The position numbers were made by a program, and so were the translations under genes. Below are positions 33,196 to 42,306 of a DNA stretch of 64,000 nucleotides, piece by piece. Under the pieces are notes generated by a model. The model saw only the letters and a program-made list of their open reading frames with translations. It was not told the DNA's origin and ran no database searches. Positions within the stretch are counted from its first letter, which is position 1. The number at the start of each line of letters is the position of its first letter. The DNA is from Candidatus Thorarchaeota archaeon (GTDB taxonomy: Archaea > Asgardarchaeota > Thorarchaeia > Thorarchaeales > Thorarchaeaceae), in contig CAVSBO010000003.1 of the NCBI GenBank assembly GCA_963726195.1, positions 128,001 to 192,000 of the forward strand, given 5' to 3'.

Positions 33196-34395
33196 CTAGA
33201 AGAACGTTGGCTCAATCTCGGTCACATGCGTTGGCGCTTTCATGTTGACCGTGGACGCCGGGGACAGGACTTCGACCAGCTCGTAGTCTCTGGTTCCTAA
33301 ACCGAGCTTCTCCGCATACTCGAGAACGATGTATGGGTTCTTCATCGGTCCGTGTATTCTCTGGAACGGATGGAGATTCACCTTCTTGTCGAGGTTCGGT
33401 CTGAAGAAGAGAGGTATCATTGATTCGTTCAAACCCTCTTTCGCAATCAGATCCAGAGTGGCCTTCTCTATCGCAACCATGTCTCGAGAGCCTAGAACAC
33501 CTATGTCATTCACGATGCAGGGCTGCGCGAATGGCCAACAGTCGCAGTATGAAGTGATCTCAATCGCGAAGTTGATGAAGAATCTCTTCTCCTTCGGGAT
33601 GTTTTCCAGCACCTTGCTTGTGCCGATAGCCATCATCTCTTGGAACGCGGAGAAGTGCTCTTGCTTCACCTCAAGGCAGCCCACACCCTTGTCCGCCTGA
33701 ATGCACTTCATGCACTGGTTGCACATGTCGAACTCGAGATTCAGCTTGTGCTCACCCTCCTTGTACGTAATCAAGTGGTCAGGGCACGATTCAACAAGCT
33801 TCTTTGCGTGCTCCGGTGTGCATTTGTCCGACTTCCAGTATGGGATTGACTGCCAAATCGTGTGATATTTGTTCCAGCGGCTCTGGGCCGAGAACCCTCC
33901 AATCGCCAGGTTCTTGATTGCACCGCCGTATCCACAGGTATTGTGACCCTTTGCGTGCGAGAGATCAATGAGCGCATCCGAATCGTGGAGCACGCCGCCC
34001 ATCTCGAGGGACTCGACTCCATGGAAATCGATGTCGACTTTGTAGAGATACTTGTCCTTCACACCATCGAATGGTATCAGAGGACAGCCGCAGGTCTCGG
34101 ACGTGTATCCTCGATTCACAGCATTGTACACAGAAGTCGGATTGTCAGTTATGAAAGGAAACGCTCCAGTCTTCTTGACTGCGTCCACAATACGTCGCAC
34201 GAAGAAGACAGGAATGGTCTGGTAACCATCCTCGTATCCAAGGTGCATCTTAATGGCGACCTTGTCCTTCTTCTGGATCGTGGACAGGTCAAGTTTCTTG
34301 ACAATTTCGTCAACCTTGGCAGCAAAGCAGGCAAACTTCGCTCTGTTGCCTTGCTTCACGGACCCAAAGTATACCTTCGCTCGCGGGGAACTCAT
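33196..34395 (-). CDS. DUF362 domain Fe-S protein
   Basis: KVAIKMHLG, LSHAKGH, GGAIKNLAIG, CNQCMKC, YCDC, DIGVLGSRDMVAIE. Confidence 0.85.
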   Translation of the reverse strand: MSSPRAKVYFGSVKQGNRAKFACFAAKVDEIVKKLDLSTIQKKDKVAIKMHLGYEDGYQTIPVFFVRRIVDAVKKTGAFPFITDNPTSVYNAVNRGYTSETCGCPLIPFDGVKDKYLYKVDIDFHGVESLEMGGVLHDSDALIDLSHAKGHNTCGYGGAIKNLAIGGFSAQSRWNKYHTIWQSIPYWKSDKCTPEHAKKLVESCPDHLITYKEGEHKLNLEFDMCNQCMKCIQADKGVGCLEVKQEHFSAFQEMMAIGTSKVLENIPKEKRFFINFAIEITSYCDCWPFAQPCIVNDIGVLGSRDMVAIEKATLDLIAKEGLNESMIPLFFRPNLDKKVNLHPFQRIHGPMKNPYIVLEYAEKLGLGTRDYELVEVLSPASTVNMKAPTHVTEIEPTFF

Positions 34396-34474
34396 GCCTA
34401 AGACAACAACAAATCAAGAATAAGTCTGTTGCGAAGGAGGCCTTCAAGCAGCCGTTGGTTGTCTCGTCGTTTCT

Positions 34475-35021
34475 CTACACCGTGGGTATGCCGAACACTC
34501 TCTGTACCATTGTACCAAGGCTTAGAGCCGACAGGGAATACCATGACCACAGCCAGAGACCGAACCCGCCGCCCGGAACAGCCACTCCGACCCAAGGTTC
34601 CAAGAACGGCAACAGAGTCTGAGGGCTGAACGGGAGAATCGCAACCGGAGTGGCACCGTATATTCCATTAAGAATGGCAAAGATGATCAGGAACGGTATG
34701 TAGAAGACACAGCATGGCTTCATTCTGGCGCCTTGCATCGACAGGCTGAAGTTGCATAATGTGCGATTGCTCACTAACAACTTCCTGCAGAAGTGTGGGA
34801 TCCATCGTCTTCCTTGCTTGATTAAACTTCGTCTGCCATGCCCGAAGCTCCGCCATGTTTGCTCTCAGTTTGCTAACGTCAACCATCTTCACAGTTACGA
34901 AACTGGAAATGAGAGTGAGCAGAATACCAACTCCCAAGACAAACACTGCAGAATATGGCATCACAGACACTGGACGCAGGAAACTGACAACTGCCGCGAA
35001 GATATCGCCCCATACATCCAT
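34475..35021 (-). CDS. DUF106 / EMC3-TMCO1 (Oxa1 superfamily) membrane insertase, frameshift near 34745
   Basis: TM1, cytoplasmic coiled coil (VDVSKLRANMAELRAWQ), MKP..TM2 and WSWY..S TM3. Confidence 0.8.
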
Positions 35022-35152
35022 TGTAAGGCCCGACCAATTCTTGTTTGACTCCGGGCCAGCGGCCCTCGCCGTATATACGTTCCGCAGGACGCGACAATGA
35101 GGCAAAACAAGAAGACTGGTGTGCAGGCCTATACCTTTGCAGCTGGGCTCTC

Positions 35153-35323
35153 GTACACGCTCCTGTGCGGCAGTATACACCGGTGCATGGACTTGGTACA
35201 CGCCGCATTCCAGCTGTTTCGCGCCAAACGAGCCCGAGTCATTTGAGGGCAAAGCTGCCAAAGCGAGCCCGCAGAAGCGTTTACCGGAAGACCCCGCTTC
35301 GTTTATATCATGGTAGCGTGTAC
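35153..35323. repeat. Cluster of GTA[A/C]ACG motifs (left spacer)
   Basis: Forward copies at 35153 and 35196; reverse copies at 35278 and 35317; one-mismatch reverse copy at 35300. Confidence 0.6.
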
Positions 35324-35360
35324 TTTTTAACTCGTCTGCCACCGGGAGGGCTAGACGCAA

Positions 35361-35632
35361 ATGCTGATGTTCACAAGGATGCTAAGAAGACAAGGATTCT
35401 ACCGTGTAAAGAACCAAGAGGATCCAGTGTACATGAAACACAACGTAGGCATCGGCGGTGTCTACGTTCGCATTGAGAAGAAGAAGGCACTGCTTACTGT
35501 CCGTGACCTGGGAATCGAAGAGGAATTCTCAAAGGTCAAGAAGCTCGAGGATTTCATAAACGAGCTGAGAGGATACTGCCTATCGTGAGAAGTGTTCTCA
35601 TCGTGAATAAGATGAGGGGCTCAGGGTCTTAG
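35361..35632 (+). CDS. Small basic hypothetical protein, 3' end probably frameshifted
   Basis: ORF 35361..35588 with an upstream GGGAGG; alternative frames give EDTAYREKC..IVNKMRGSGS*. Confidence 0.7.
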
Positions 35633-35645
35633 ACAGCCCAGTGAC

Positions 35646-36854
35646 TCACGATTTGCCTGATATCTTCGAGCCCAGATAGCTGGGCAGCACCGACTTGATG
35701 GCGCTCGTCACAGACCTGATGCCGACAAGCATCTCAGCAATAGTTCTGGTTGTCTTCTCCGACTTGAGGAGTTGGGAACCGAAACTGGATGACCCGCTAC
35801 GAACAAGCCTGTTCTGCAGCCACAGTCCCCACCTTAGGTCGGAGCCTATCTGACTAGTCCATAGCCGCTCGTACTTGGAGAGAAACTTGGCAGTGAAGTC
35901 TCTCTTCTTGACGGCCTCCGCGGGAATTGCCGCTGCTGTGTCGCCGCCAACCATTGAATAGTATATCCCCTCGCCTGTAATCGGAGAACAGTGACCCGCT
36001 GCGTCGCCAGCAAGCATGATGCGGTCTGAAAAAGAAGGCTTTACCACGCCGGCCAGTGGCATCAGCGCGGCTTGCTGCTTCGTGATTTGTGACCCTTCAA
36101 GCTCAGCCTTGGTGAAGTCTGTCTCTTTCGTGATCCTGCTGATGTACTCTGAGAGGTCCAGCTGAGACTGTCGTACATTCGTCACCAGACCGCCGGTTCC
36201 GACCACAGTTTCGTGTCCCCTAGGGAAAATCCAGGCATATCCTCTAGGTGAGAATTCCGAACCATACAGGAAGTAGTTGGCTTGTGGGAATGGTGGCATC
36301 GACTCTTCGCGGTGCATCTCGTACTGAACGGCATACCCCATCCCTTCATTTGAGATGCGAGGCCTGACTAGCCCCGACCTGATTGACACTGCATTCGCAC
36401 CACTGGCATCAATCAGGACCTTGCATTTCAGTTTCCTCTTGTTTCCGCCCTGTACATAATTCAGAGAACACCCTTCGGGCCCAGCGTCCACAGACAGAAC
36501 GTTCGATTCCAGCGAGACATGTGTTGCTGAATCAGTAACCATGCTCAACATGACTTCTCCCAGGGCTCTTCGAGTCACATTGAAGCCGACCGGATCTTCG
36601 AAATCTACTGATGTCAGATCAACACGTGGAAACTTCATCCGAACGCTCTTTACGGGCCAGGACCCTGGAATCTCTCTTGCCGCTAGATACTCGAGTGCTC
36701 TTGAAGGCACGAAACCCCCGCATACCTTGTCCTCACAGGGCACCTTTTCCCGGGTTAACAAGACGAAATCGACGTTGAGATGTGCAAGGCGTCTTGCTGC
36801 AGTAAGACCTGCAGGTCCGGCGCCAACTATCACAACGTCGATATCAGTTGCCAT
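35646..36854 (-). CDS. Geranylgeranyl reductase family flavoprotein
   Basis: VVIVGAGPAG, KVCGG, GYAWIFP, LAGDAAG..SPITGEGI. Confidence 0.9.
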   Translation of the reverse strand: MATDIDVVIVGAGPAGLTAARRLAHLNVDFVLLTREKVPCEDKVCGGFVPSRALEYLAAREIPGSWPVKSVRMKFPRVDLTSVDFEDPVGFNVTRRALGEVMLSMVTDSATHVSLESNVLSVDAGPEGCSLNYVQGGNKRKLKCKVLIDASGANAVSIRSGLVRPRISNEGMGYAVQYEMHREESMPPFPQANYFLYGSEFSPRGYAWIFPRGHETVVGTGGLVTNVRQSQLDLSEYISRITKETDFTKAELEGSQITKQQAALMPLAGVVKPSFSDRIMLAGDAAGHCSPITGEGIYYSMVGGDTAAAIPAEAVKKRDFTAKFLSKYERLWTSQIGSDLRWGLWLQNRLVRSGSSSFGSQLLKSEKTTRTIAEMLVGIRSVTSAIKSVLPSYLGSKISGKS

Positions 36855-36911
36855 GGCTGTGCCGATTGAATTGCACCTTTGTCTTAAAACCTTGGTCTGC
36901 GCTTTCTGAGT

Positions 36912-37142
36912 GTACACGATTGTCGAACTATGTAAACGTAGGATACGAACAACGGTCGAGTATCTGAAGGAACGTGTACGATAGTTGGCACGGGGATCAG
37001 ATTCTCTAGTCCTTACTCTCCGAAATCATTCTGCCTTTCGGAGAGTACGGATAGTAAACGCTTGAGTCTTCGAAGAACACATATGCCACAGCGGTGCTGC
37101 AACATCATAACTAGTACACGCTTGTCTGGAATCGTACACGTT
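36912..37142. repeat. Cluster of GTA[A/C]ACG motifs with nested inverted repeats (right spacer)
   Basis: Motifs at 36912, 36932, 36973 (reverse), 37054, 37114, 37134. 12-bp IR 36971-36982/37131-37142 and 12-bp hairpin 37014-37025/37036-37047. Confidence 0.7.
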
Positions 37143-37198
37143 TCGGCAGCCTTGTAGGATAGCGGAAACCTGTGACATCAGACAAGGGCCACATTGCC

Positions 37199-38053
37199 CT
37201 AGGGATGCTTCAGGAAAGTGCCGTTCCTGTACTCTTCGAAAGCCAGTGCTAGTTCTTCGTCAGTGTTCATGACAATAGGCCCGCTCCATGCGACCGGCTC
37301 CCTTAGCGGCTTCCCCGAGACGAGCAGGAAGCGAAGAGGCTGGTTCGCCGAACGGATTTGCACCTCTGTACCATCCCCGAAGAGGACGATGCTCTCAGGG
37401 TCGATGATGCTGCTTGCTTTCTTGTCAAAGTGGCCTTTGCCTTCAATCACATAGGCAAAACCGGTGTAGCCCTTCTTGATGGAGTGCGTGAACAGAGTTT
37501 CCGATGGAAGCGTTACGTCTAGGTACTCAGGGTCTGTTACAATCTCCTTGACCGGTCCGACAACACCGCCCGCTTCTCCACATATGACTTTGATTCTTGT
37601 CCCATTGTCGAGTACGGCTTCAGGGATGTCAGTTCTCTCGATTCCCCGGTACCTCGGATCCATCATCTTGTGGGAGGCCGGCAGATTCGCCCAGAGCTGG
37701 AAGCCTGCAAGCATGCCTTCTGTCCGCTGGGGCATTTCCTCGTGGATTATTCCGCTTCCTGCTGTCATCCACTGTACATCCCCCGGCCCAATCTCCCCGC
37801 CATTTCCAAGGCTGTCTCTGTGCTTTACCCTTCCACTGAGCATGTAAGTCACGGTCTCGATTCGACGATGTGGATGCCATGGGAATCCCGCGATGTAGTC
37901 GCTCGGTCTATCTGAGTGAAAGTCGTCTAGCAATAGAAAAGGATCGAGCTCCTTGACCTCGTAGAACCCAAAGGCTCGCTTGAGATGCACGCCTGCACCT
38001 TCAAGTGTGGGTTTGCTGTTCCAGATTCTCGCTACCTCTCGCTGTTCTACCAT
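37199..38053 (-). CDS. Pirin family protein
   Basis: DPFLLLD, FPWHPHRRIETVTY, WMTAGSGIIHEE, QLWANLP, GPIVMNT. Confidence 0.95.
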   Translation of the reverse strand: MVEQREVARIWNSKPTLEGAGVHLKRAFGFYEVKELDPFLLLDDFHSDRPSDYIAGFPWHPHRRIETVTYMLSGRVKHRDSLGNGGEIGPGDVQWMTAGSGIIHEEMPQRTEGMLAGFQLWANLPASHKMMDPRYRGIERTDIPEAVLDNGTRIKVICGEAGGVVGPVKEIVTDPEYLDVTLPSETLFTHSIKKGYTGFAYVIEGKGHFDKKASSIIDPESIVLFGDGTEVQIRSANQPLRFLLVSGKPLREPVAWSGPIVMNTDEELALAFEEYRNGTFLKHP

Positions 38054-38283
38054 GTGAATCTCCTACTCTATGTCAGAGATTGACGCCAGCCGCGCTCGGA
38101 GCCTGCCCAAATCAGTAGAGCACCCAATCTAACACTAAAGAAGATTGACATGTGGCTATCCTGCTCAGCAGGCACGGGCTCTAAAGGAGCATACATACGC
38201 TCAGACTCTTGGCGGGGCGACAGTAGCAGCCGTGATTGCTTTTGTGGAATAGCACTGTTGTATCGCTAGGCCGACGATGGTTG

Positions 38284-39048
38284 TCATGTGTGCCCATATC
38301 TGATACGTTGATACACGGTATAGAGAGCCAACGGGATGATTATGAAGATAAACGGGACAACCAAGCTGATGTAGATAACACCGAGAGGTAGCCACACTCC
38401 GAAGAGCACAAGCATTGGCCCCCAAAGGACTGCATTTCCAAATAGCATGATTACCGTTCCGACCACATCAAAAAGCAGCGTATCGAAAGGTGCGCTCACA
38501 AGGAACACAACCCCGACGGCCAGGGAGAAGATAGTCCACGTCTTGACAATCCTAATGCCGACACTGACATATGGATAGTCATCTCGTCGATAATCCTCTT
38601 GTTTGACTTTCAGTAGAGCACTTAACAACTGGTCCGAGATGCTGACTCCTCCTGAACCCATTATCAACAATATGGCAACGAAAAGCACGAAAAAACCGGC
38701 TTGGAGAAGCCTGAGAGATGAGAATATCAGCATGCCAACCAGCATTGCTGCCGATCCAAGAATCAAGCTAAACCAAAGAAATGTCGCTTCAGTCCTATCC
38801 ATCATTTGACGTTGGAACCACTCACCGATTCTACCATGCTGCGTCTGTGTCATATGCCGAACGTACCAGTCATGCGAGAAGCAGTCGGCGTATTCAGTCC
38901 TTCCCGAAAGGTCTAAGCCCGTTACATCAAACCGCTTCTCAAGGCTTGCACTCAAAGCTCTGTATTGTCGGAGTCTCCTCAACCGGAGCAAAGCAGACAT
39001 TACCAAGAGTATTCCGCTTATGGCTAGAAGCAGGGTTAATTCAATCAT
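38284..39048 (-). CDS. Membrane protein, unknown function
   Basis: 254-aa ORF with about 6 TM segments. Confidence 0.7.
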   Translation of the reverse strand: MIELTLLLAISGILLVMSALLRLRRLRQYRALSASLEKRFDVTGLDLSGRTEYADCFSHDWYVRHMTQTQHGRIGEWFQRQMMDRTEATFLWFSLILGSAAMLVGMLIFSSLRLLQAGFFVLFVAILLIMGSGGVSISDQLLSALLKVKQEDYRRDDYPYVSVGIRIVKTWTIFSLAVGVVFLVSAPFDTLLFDVVGTVIMLFGNAVLWGPMLVLFGVWLPLGVIYISLVVPFIFIIIPLALYTVYQRIRYGHT

Positions 39049-40480
39049 TCTTCATCATTCTGAACTGGTTGTCCGGGTTCCACCCAATGTGGGCGACGGA
39101 AAGGACCTGAAAAGTGACGCGCTTCACGCAGAACCATCACTTGCTCCCGGCGTTCGTGGCGTACGGACTCAGCGAAATATAAGCTATGCCCTAAACCACT
39201 GGGCTATCCCTCAGTTTTCCAGTGCCGGAACTGGACATTCTGCTCATATCGCACCCTTTCTTCTCTCTGCATCACTGCAGATAAGTGGACGATATCCTAT
39301 CACTGTCCAGCGATTCTAAATATGATGTCTTTGCTCTACTGGTCCAGCCGTTTAGAGGTACATCATGTACCATTTGAGGGCTGTTATATGCAGGCATTAT
39401 TTGCACTTACCAAAGTCGATTCTGTATAGTGATGGGTACTACGACTCGGCGGCCAAACGTTTCTTGATGTCAAGATGTTGAGTCTCGAACGCATTGGTGC
39501 ACAGCCTCATACTCGAAGAACGAGTCATGGTGCGATCAGACTAGAAACACACTCAGATAATCTGGGTTATCCTCGCAAAACAGTGCTAGTACATAGATAA
39601 TGAGTACAGAAGTGGCATAGCGCACCATGGTCATTCATTGACCGTATCCAGTAGGTGAATACAGGAACAGAATGATGGGCTACGGCCTGTAACTTATCTA
39701 GCCGTAGTAATTGCCTGGTTATTGGGGGCACCAGTGGCTCGTCGTCTGTAGAGGATCACGGGGTCCGGACGCACTTGCCTCCAATTATCCCAAGCAGTTC
39801 TGAGTTTGGAGGCCGAATTCAGATACGAACCCAAGTTTGTCCCGCCAGATTACTCAAGTGAGTGAGCGAAATCTGACGAAAAATCGACAGATTCTGAGGG
39901 ATGAATGCGAGAGAAGACATGATTGCACAGGGCGTTTGAGACATCCACGAACAGAACAAACGCGTTGCAGGTCAGGCACTCGAGGGCAGATCTTGACATG
40001 ACGGCTGCTTCGCTACATATCTAGCCGACCAAAGACCGGCCCAGGCATTCGAGCCGCCAGAAGGAGTACGTTAGTGTCAGCCCTTCATACCTCCGCTTCT
40101 AGTGCTCGGGTTCTACTACTGCGAACGTGTACTCAGGAGCTCGAACAGAAGAAAAACCCAGTCGCGTCTCGAGTAGTTCAATTTCAAGTCCTTTCCGAAT
40201 CGTCTCGTTGTGAAGATGGTCACTCAATGACATGAAGACACGAAGATGAAAGAGGCGGATGAAACACTATTCGCACTGAATGGCCGGGAGCACAACGCTC
40301 GGCCGAGCCGGATACACAATCGCAATTTCCTTTATAACTTACGGAGCATTTGTGAGTATCACGCATTGAGCAAGCGGACCAGCAGGCGTTAGTGGATTGG
40401 GTCATCGTTCAGCAGGGAGAAACTCTTCGAGGCCTGTCCCTGATGCCCGGAGGCCTCGCCCCAAGGGTGAGCGTGCACTT

Positions 40481-40843
40481 ATGGTGACTATCTTCATCGT
40501 AGACGACGAAGCGATCCTGCATCGCCTCTACAAGGATGTATTCGCGATAAAGGGTCACCAAGTTGTTGCAGATGCATATGATGGCGAAGAGGCGGTCCGC
40601 AAGTTCCAAGAGATGAATCCCAGACCAGACGTGATTGTCCTTGATCACAGAATGCCCAACAAAGATGGCCTCGAAGCCATGAGAGAGATTCTGAAGATTG
40701 AGCCCAATGCGCGCATTGTGTTTATTAGCGCTGACGCCAACGTACGAGAGCAGGCCATTAAGAACGGGGCCGCTAGCTTCGGCCTGAAGCCAGTAACAAT
40801 CCGGCACATGCTTGACCTTGTCGAGAGTGCCGTTAGCACCTGA
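40481..40843 (+). CDS. Stand-alone response-regulator receiver (CheY-like)
   Basis: IFIVDDE, VLDHRMP (phospho-Asp), FISA, LKP. Confidence 0.9.
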   Translation: MVTIFIVDDEAILHRLYKDVFAIKGHQVVADAYDGEEAVRKFQEMNPRPDVIVLDHRMPNKDGLEAMREILKIEPNARIVFISADANVREQAIKNGAASFGLKPVTIRHMLDLVESAVST

Positions 40844-40873
40844 TTCATCTCATATTCTGAAGGGGGTTCACGA

Positions 40874-41257
40874 ATCTTCGACTCCTTCGACACTGAAAGC
40901 GACACGAGGGCTATCATAGCAGGTGATATTCCATTCCTGCGAGGTCTGCTCCGCGTGGCAATCGAAGAAGCTGGCTACGATGTTGTGGCGGAGGCCACTG
41001 ACAGGGAGACACTGCTTGTTTCTTGCGCTATGTACAGGCCAGATTTCGTGCTCGTCGACATCCATTTGCCTGAAGTCCAAGAGGCAAGATTGGTCGAAGA
41101 CATCCTTGACATAGATCCAGACGTCGCCGTCGTCATAATATCTGACCCACTCGAGGGCTTTGGGGAAACGATTCTGGCCGCAGGGGCAAGAGCGTATCTC
41201 GAGAAACCTTTCAGTACGTACGACTTGATTGACATGGTAAGAAAAGTGATTCCGTGA
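40874..41257 (+). CDS. Second stand-alone receiver domain, degenerate; start uncertain
   Basis: Frame open upstream of GTG 40955 (RAIIAGDIPFLRGLL); LVDIHLP, IISD, YLEKPF. Confidence 0.75.
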   Translation: MFDSFDTESDTRAIIAGDIPFLRGLLRVAIEEAGYDVVAEATDRETLLVSCAMYRPDFVLVDIHLPEVQEARLVEDILDIDPDVAVVIISDPLEGFGETILAAGARAYLEKPFSTYDLIDMVRKVIP

Positions 41258-41287
41258 ATGGTGCTGCGATGTTCCCAGAAGGAACCG

Positions 41288-41920
41288 TCACCGCTGATTG
41301 GGACGGTCGTGTAGAATCTTCAGAAAGACCTTAGCTTCTCTCCGCGATGCACCATCTCTCCGGAAGAGAAGCAGACAAAGTCGCGACCCGGTAGTCTTTG
41401 CGTACCGGGCCAGAAGAGTGTACTTGAACAACACTGGGAAGCAGAAGGCAACGAAGTATCCAGCCATTAGCAGTAAAGCAGTGTCAGAAAGAAACCTGCT
41501 TTGGACTCCGTAGCCTGGGCTGTAAGGAAGGAGAAGAATCAGGGCCGGTACACCGATAAATGATGGCCCGGCATAAACGACAAGACGCATTCTAGCGCTC
41601 AGCAAGACCTCTCCGTCTCTCCTCAGGGCATTCAGAATTGAAATGAACGGCCGACAGGCAAGCAGGCCGATTATAGCTCCCACAATACATGAACACCAAA
41701 CTACCATACGTGCTCCATCGGACCCGAGTAATGCTAGGGCAGACTTATCGACTAGTGAAGGTGACCCTCTAAGATAGTTGTAGAAAATCAACAAGTCTGC
41801 CGGGTACCAAAGCAGGATTGGAGCACCCCAAAGACCAAAGAGCAGTGGAAGAGCCATCAAGGTGACGGCTGAGGATATTCGCGTTGCCCTCTTCTTCAGT
41901 TCTTCCTCAGACTCGGTCAT
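41288..41920 (-). CDS. Membrane protein, unknown function
   Basis: About 4 hydrophobic segments in ORF 41288..42019; likely start MTESEE. Confidence 0.6.
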   Translation of the reverse strand: MTESEEELKKRATRISSAVTLMALPLLFGLWGAPILLWYPADLLIFYNYLRGSPSLVDKSALALLGSDGARMVVWCSCIVGAIIGLLACRPFISILNALRRDGEVLLSARMRLVVYAGPSFIGVPALILLLPYSPGYGVQSRFLSDTALLLMAGYFVAFCFPVLFKYTLLARYAKTTGSRLCLLLFRRDGASRREAKVFLKILHDRPNQR

Positions 41921-42306
41921 ACTTGAATTCTCCCACCTAGTGCAGAATTTCTGAGGAGGCATATATGCGTTCTGCGGCCTGAGCGAAACGGGCACTTCCC
42001 CGGGCGTAGGGAGTCCCATATCCTTCAGAGCATTCCTATTCGCTGCTTTCAGCGAACAGTAGCTGAGCTCCGGCTGTGTGCGTGAGGACTCGCGTCTTAC
42101 GTTCTCAGGACTTTGACAGGTCTACATGGAAAAGACAGAATCACGTAACGAGAGTGTCGGGAGCTGAATTCAGTCGGAAAAATAAGCGGATGAATGCACT
42201 AGAATACTTTTGACTTGTCCGAGGTGCCCTCAGCGAAAACCACATAGCCTAAGTTCCATTCCCTGGTTGTATCGAGTCCAGGGCCTCGAAATGGTGATGG
42301 CGCCCA

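Noticed and set aside
35022-35360. N-terminal 113 aa of ORF 34668..35360 and overlapping ORFs 35045..35476 and 34879..35208
   Set aside because: No protein-like features; the region is the divergent spacer carrying the GTAMACG motifs.
35586-35588. TGA as a possible selenocysteine codon in the small ORF
   Set aside because: Read-through hits another TGA six codons later, no SECIS was recognised, and a frameshift explains the 3' end better.
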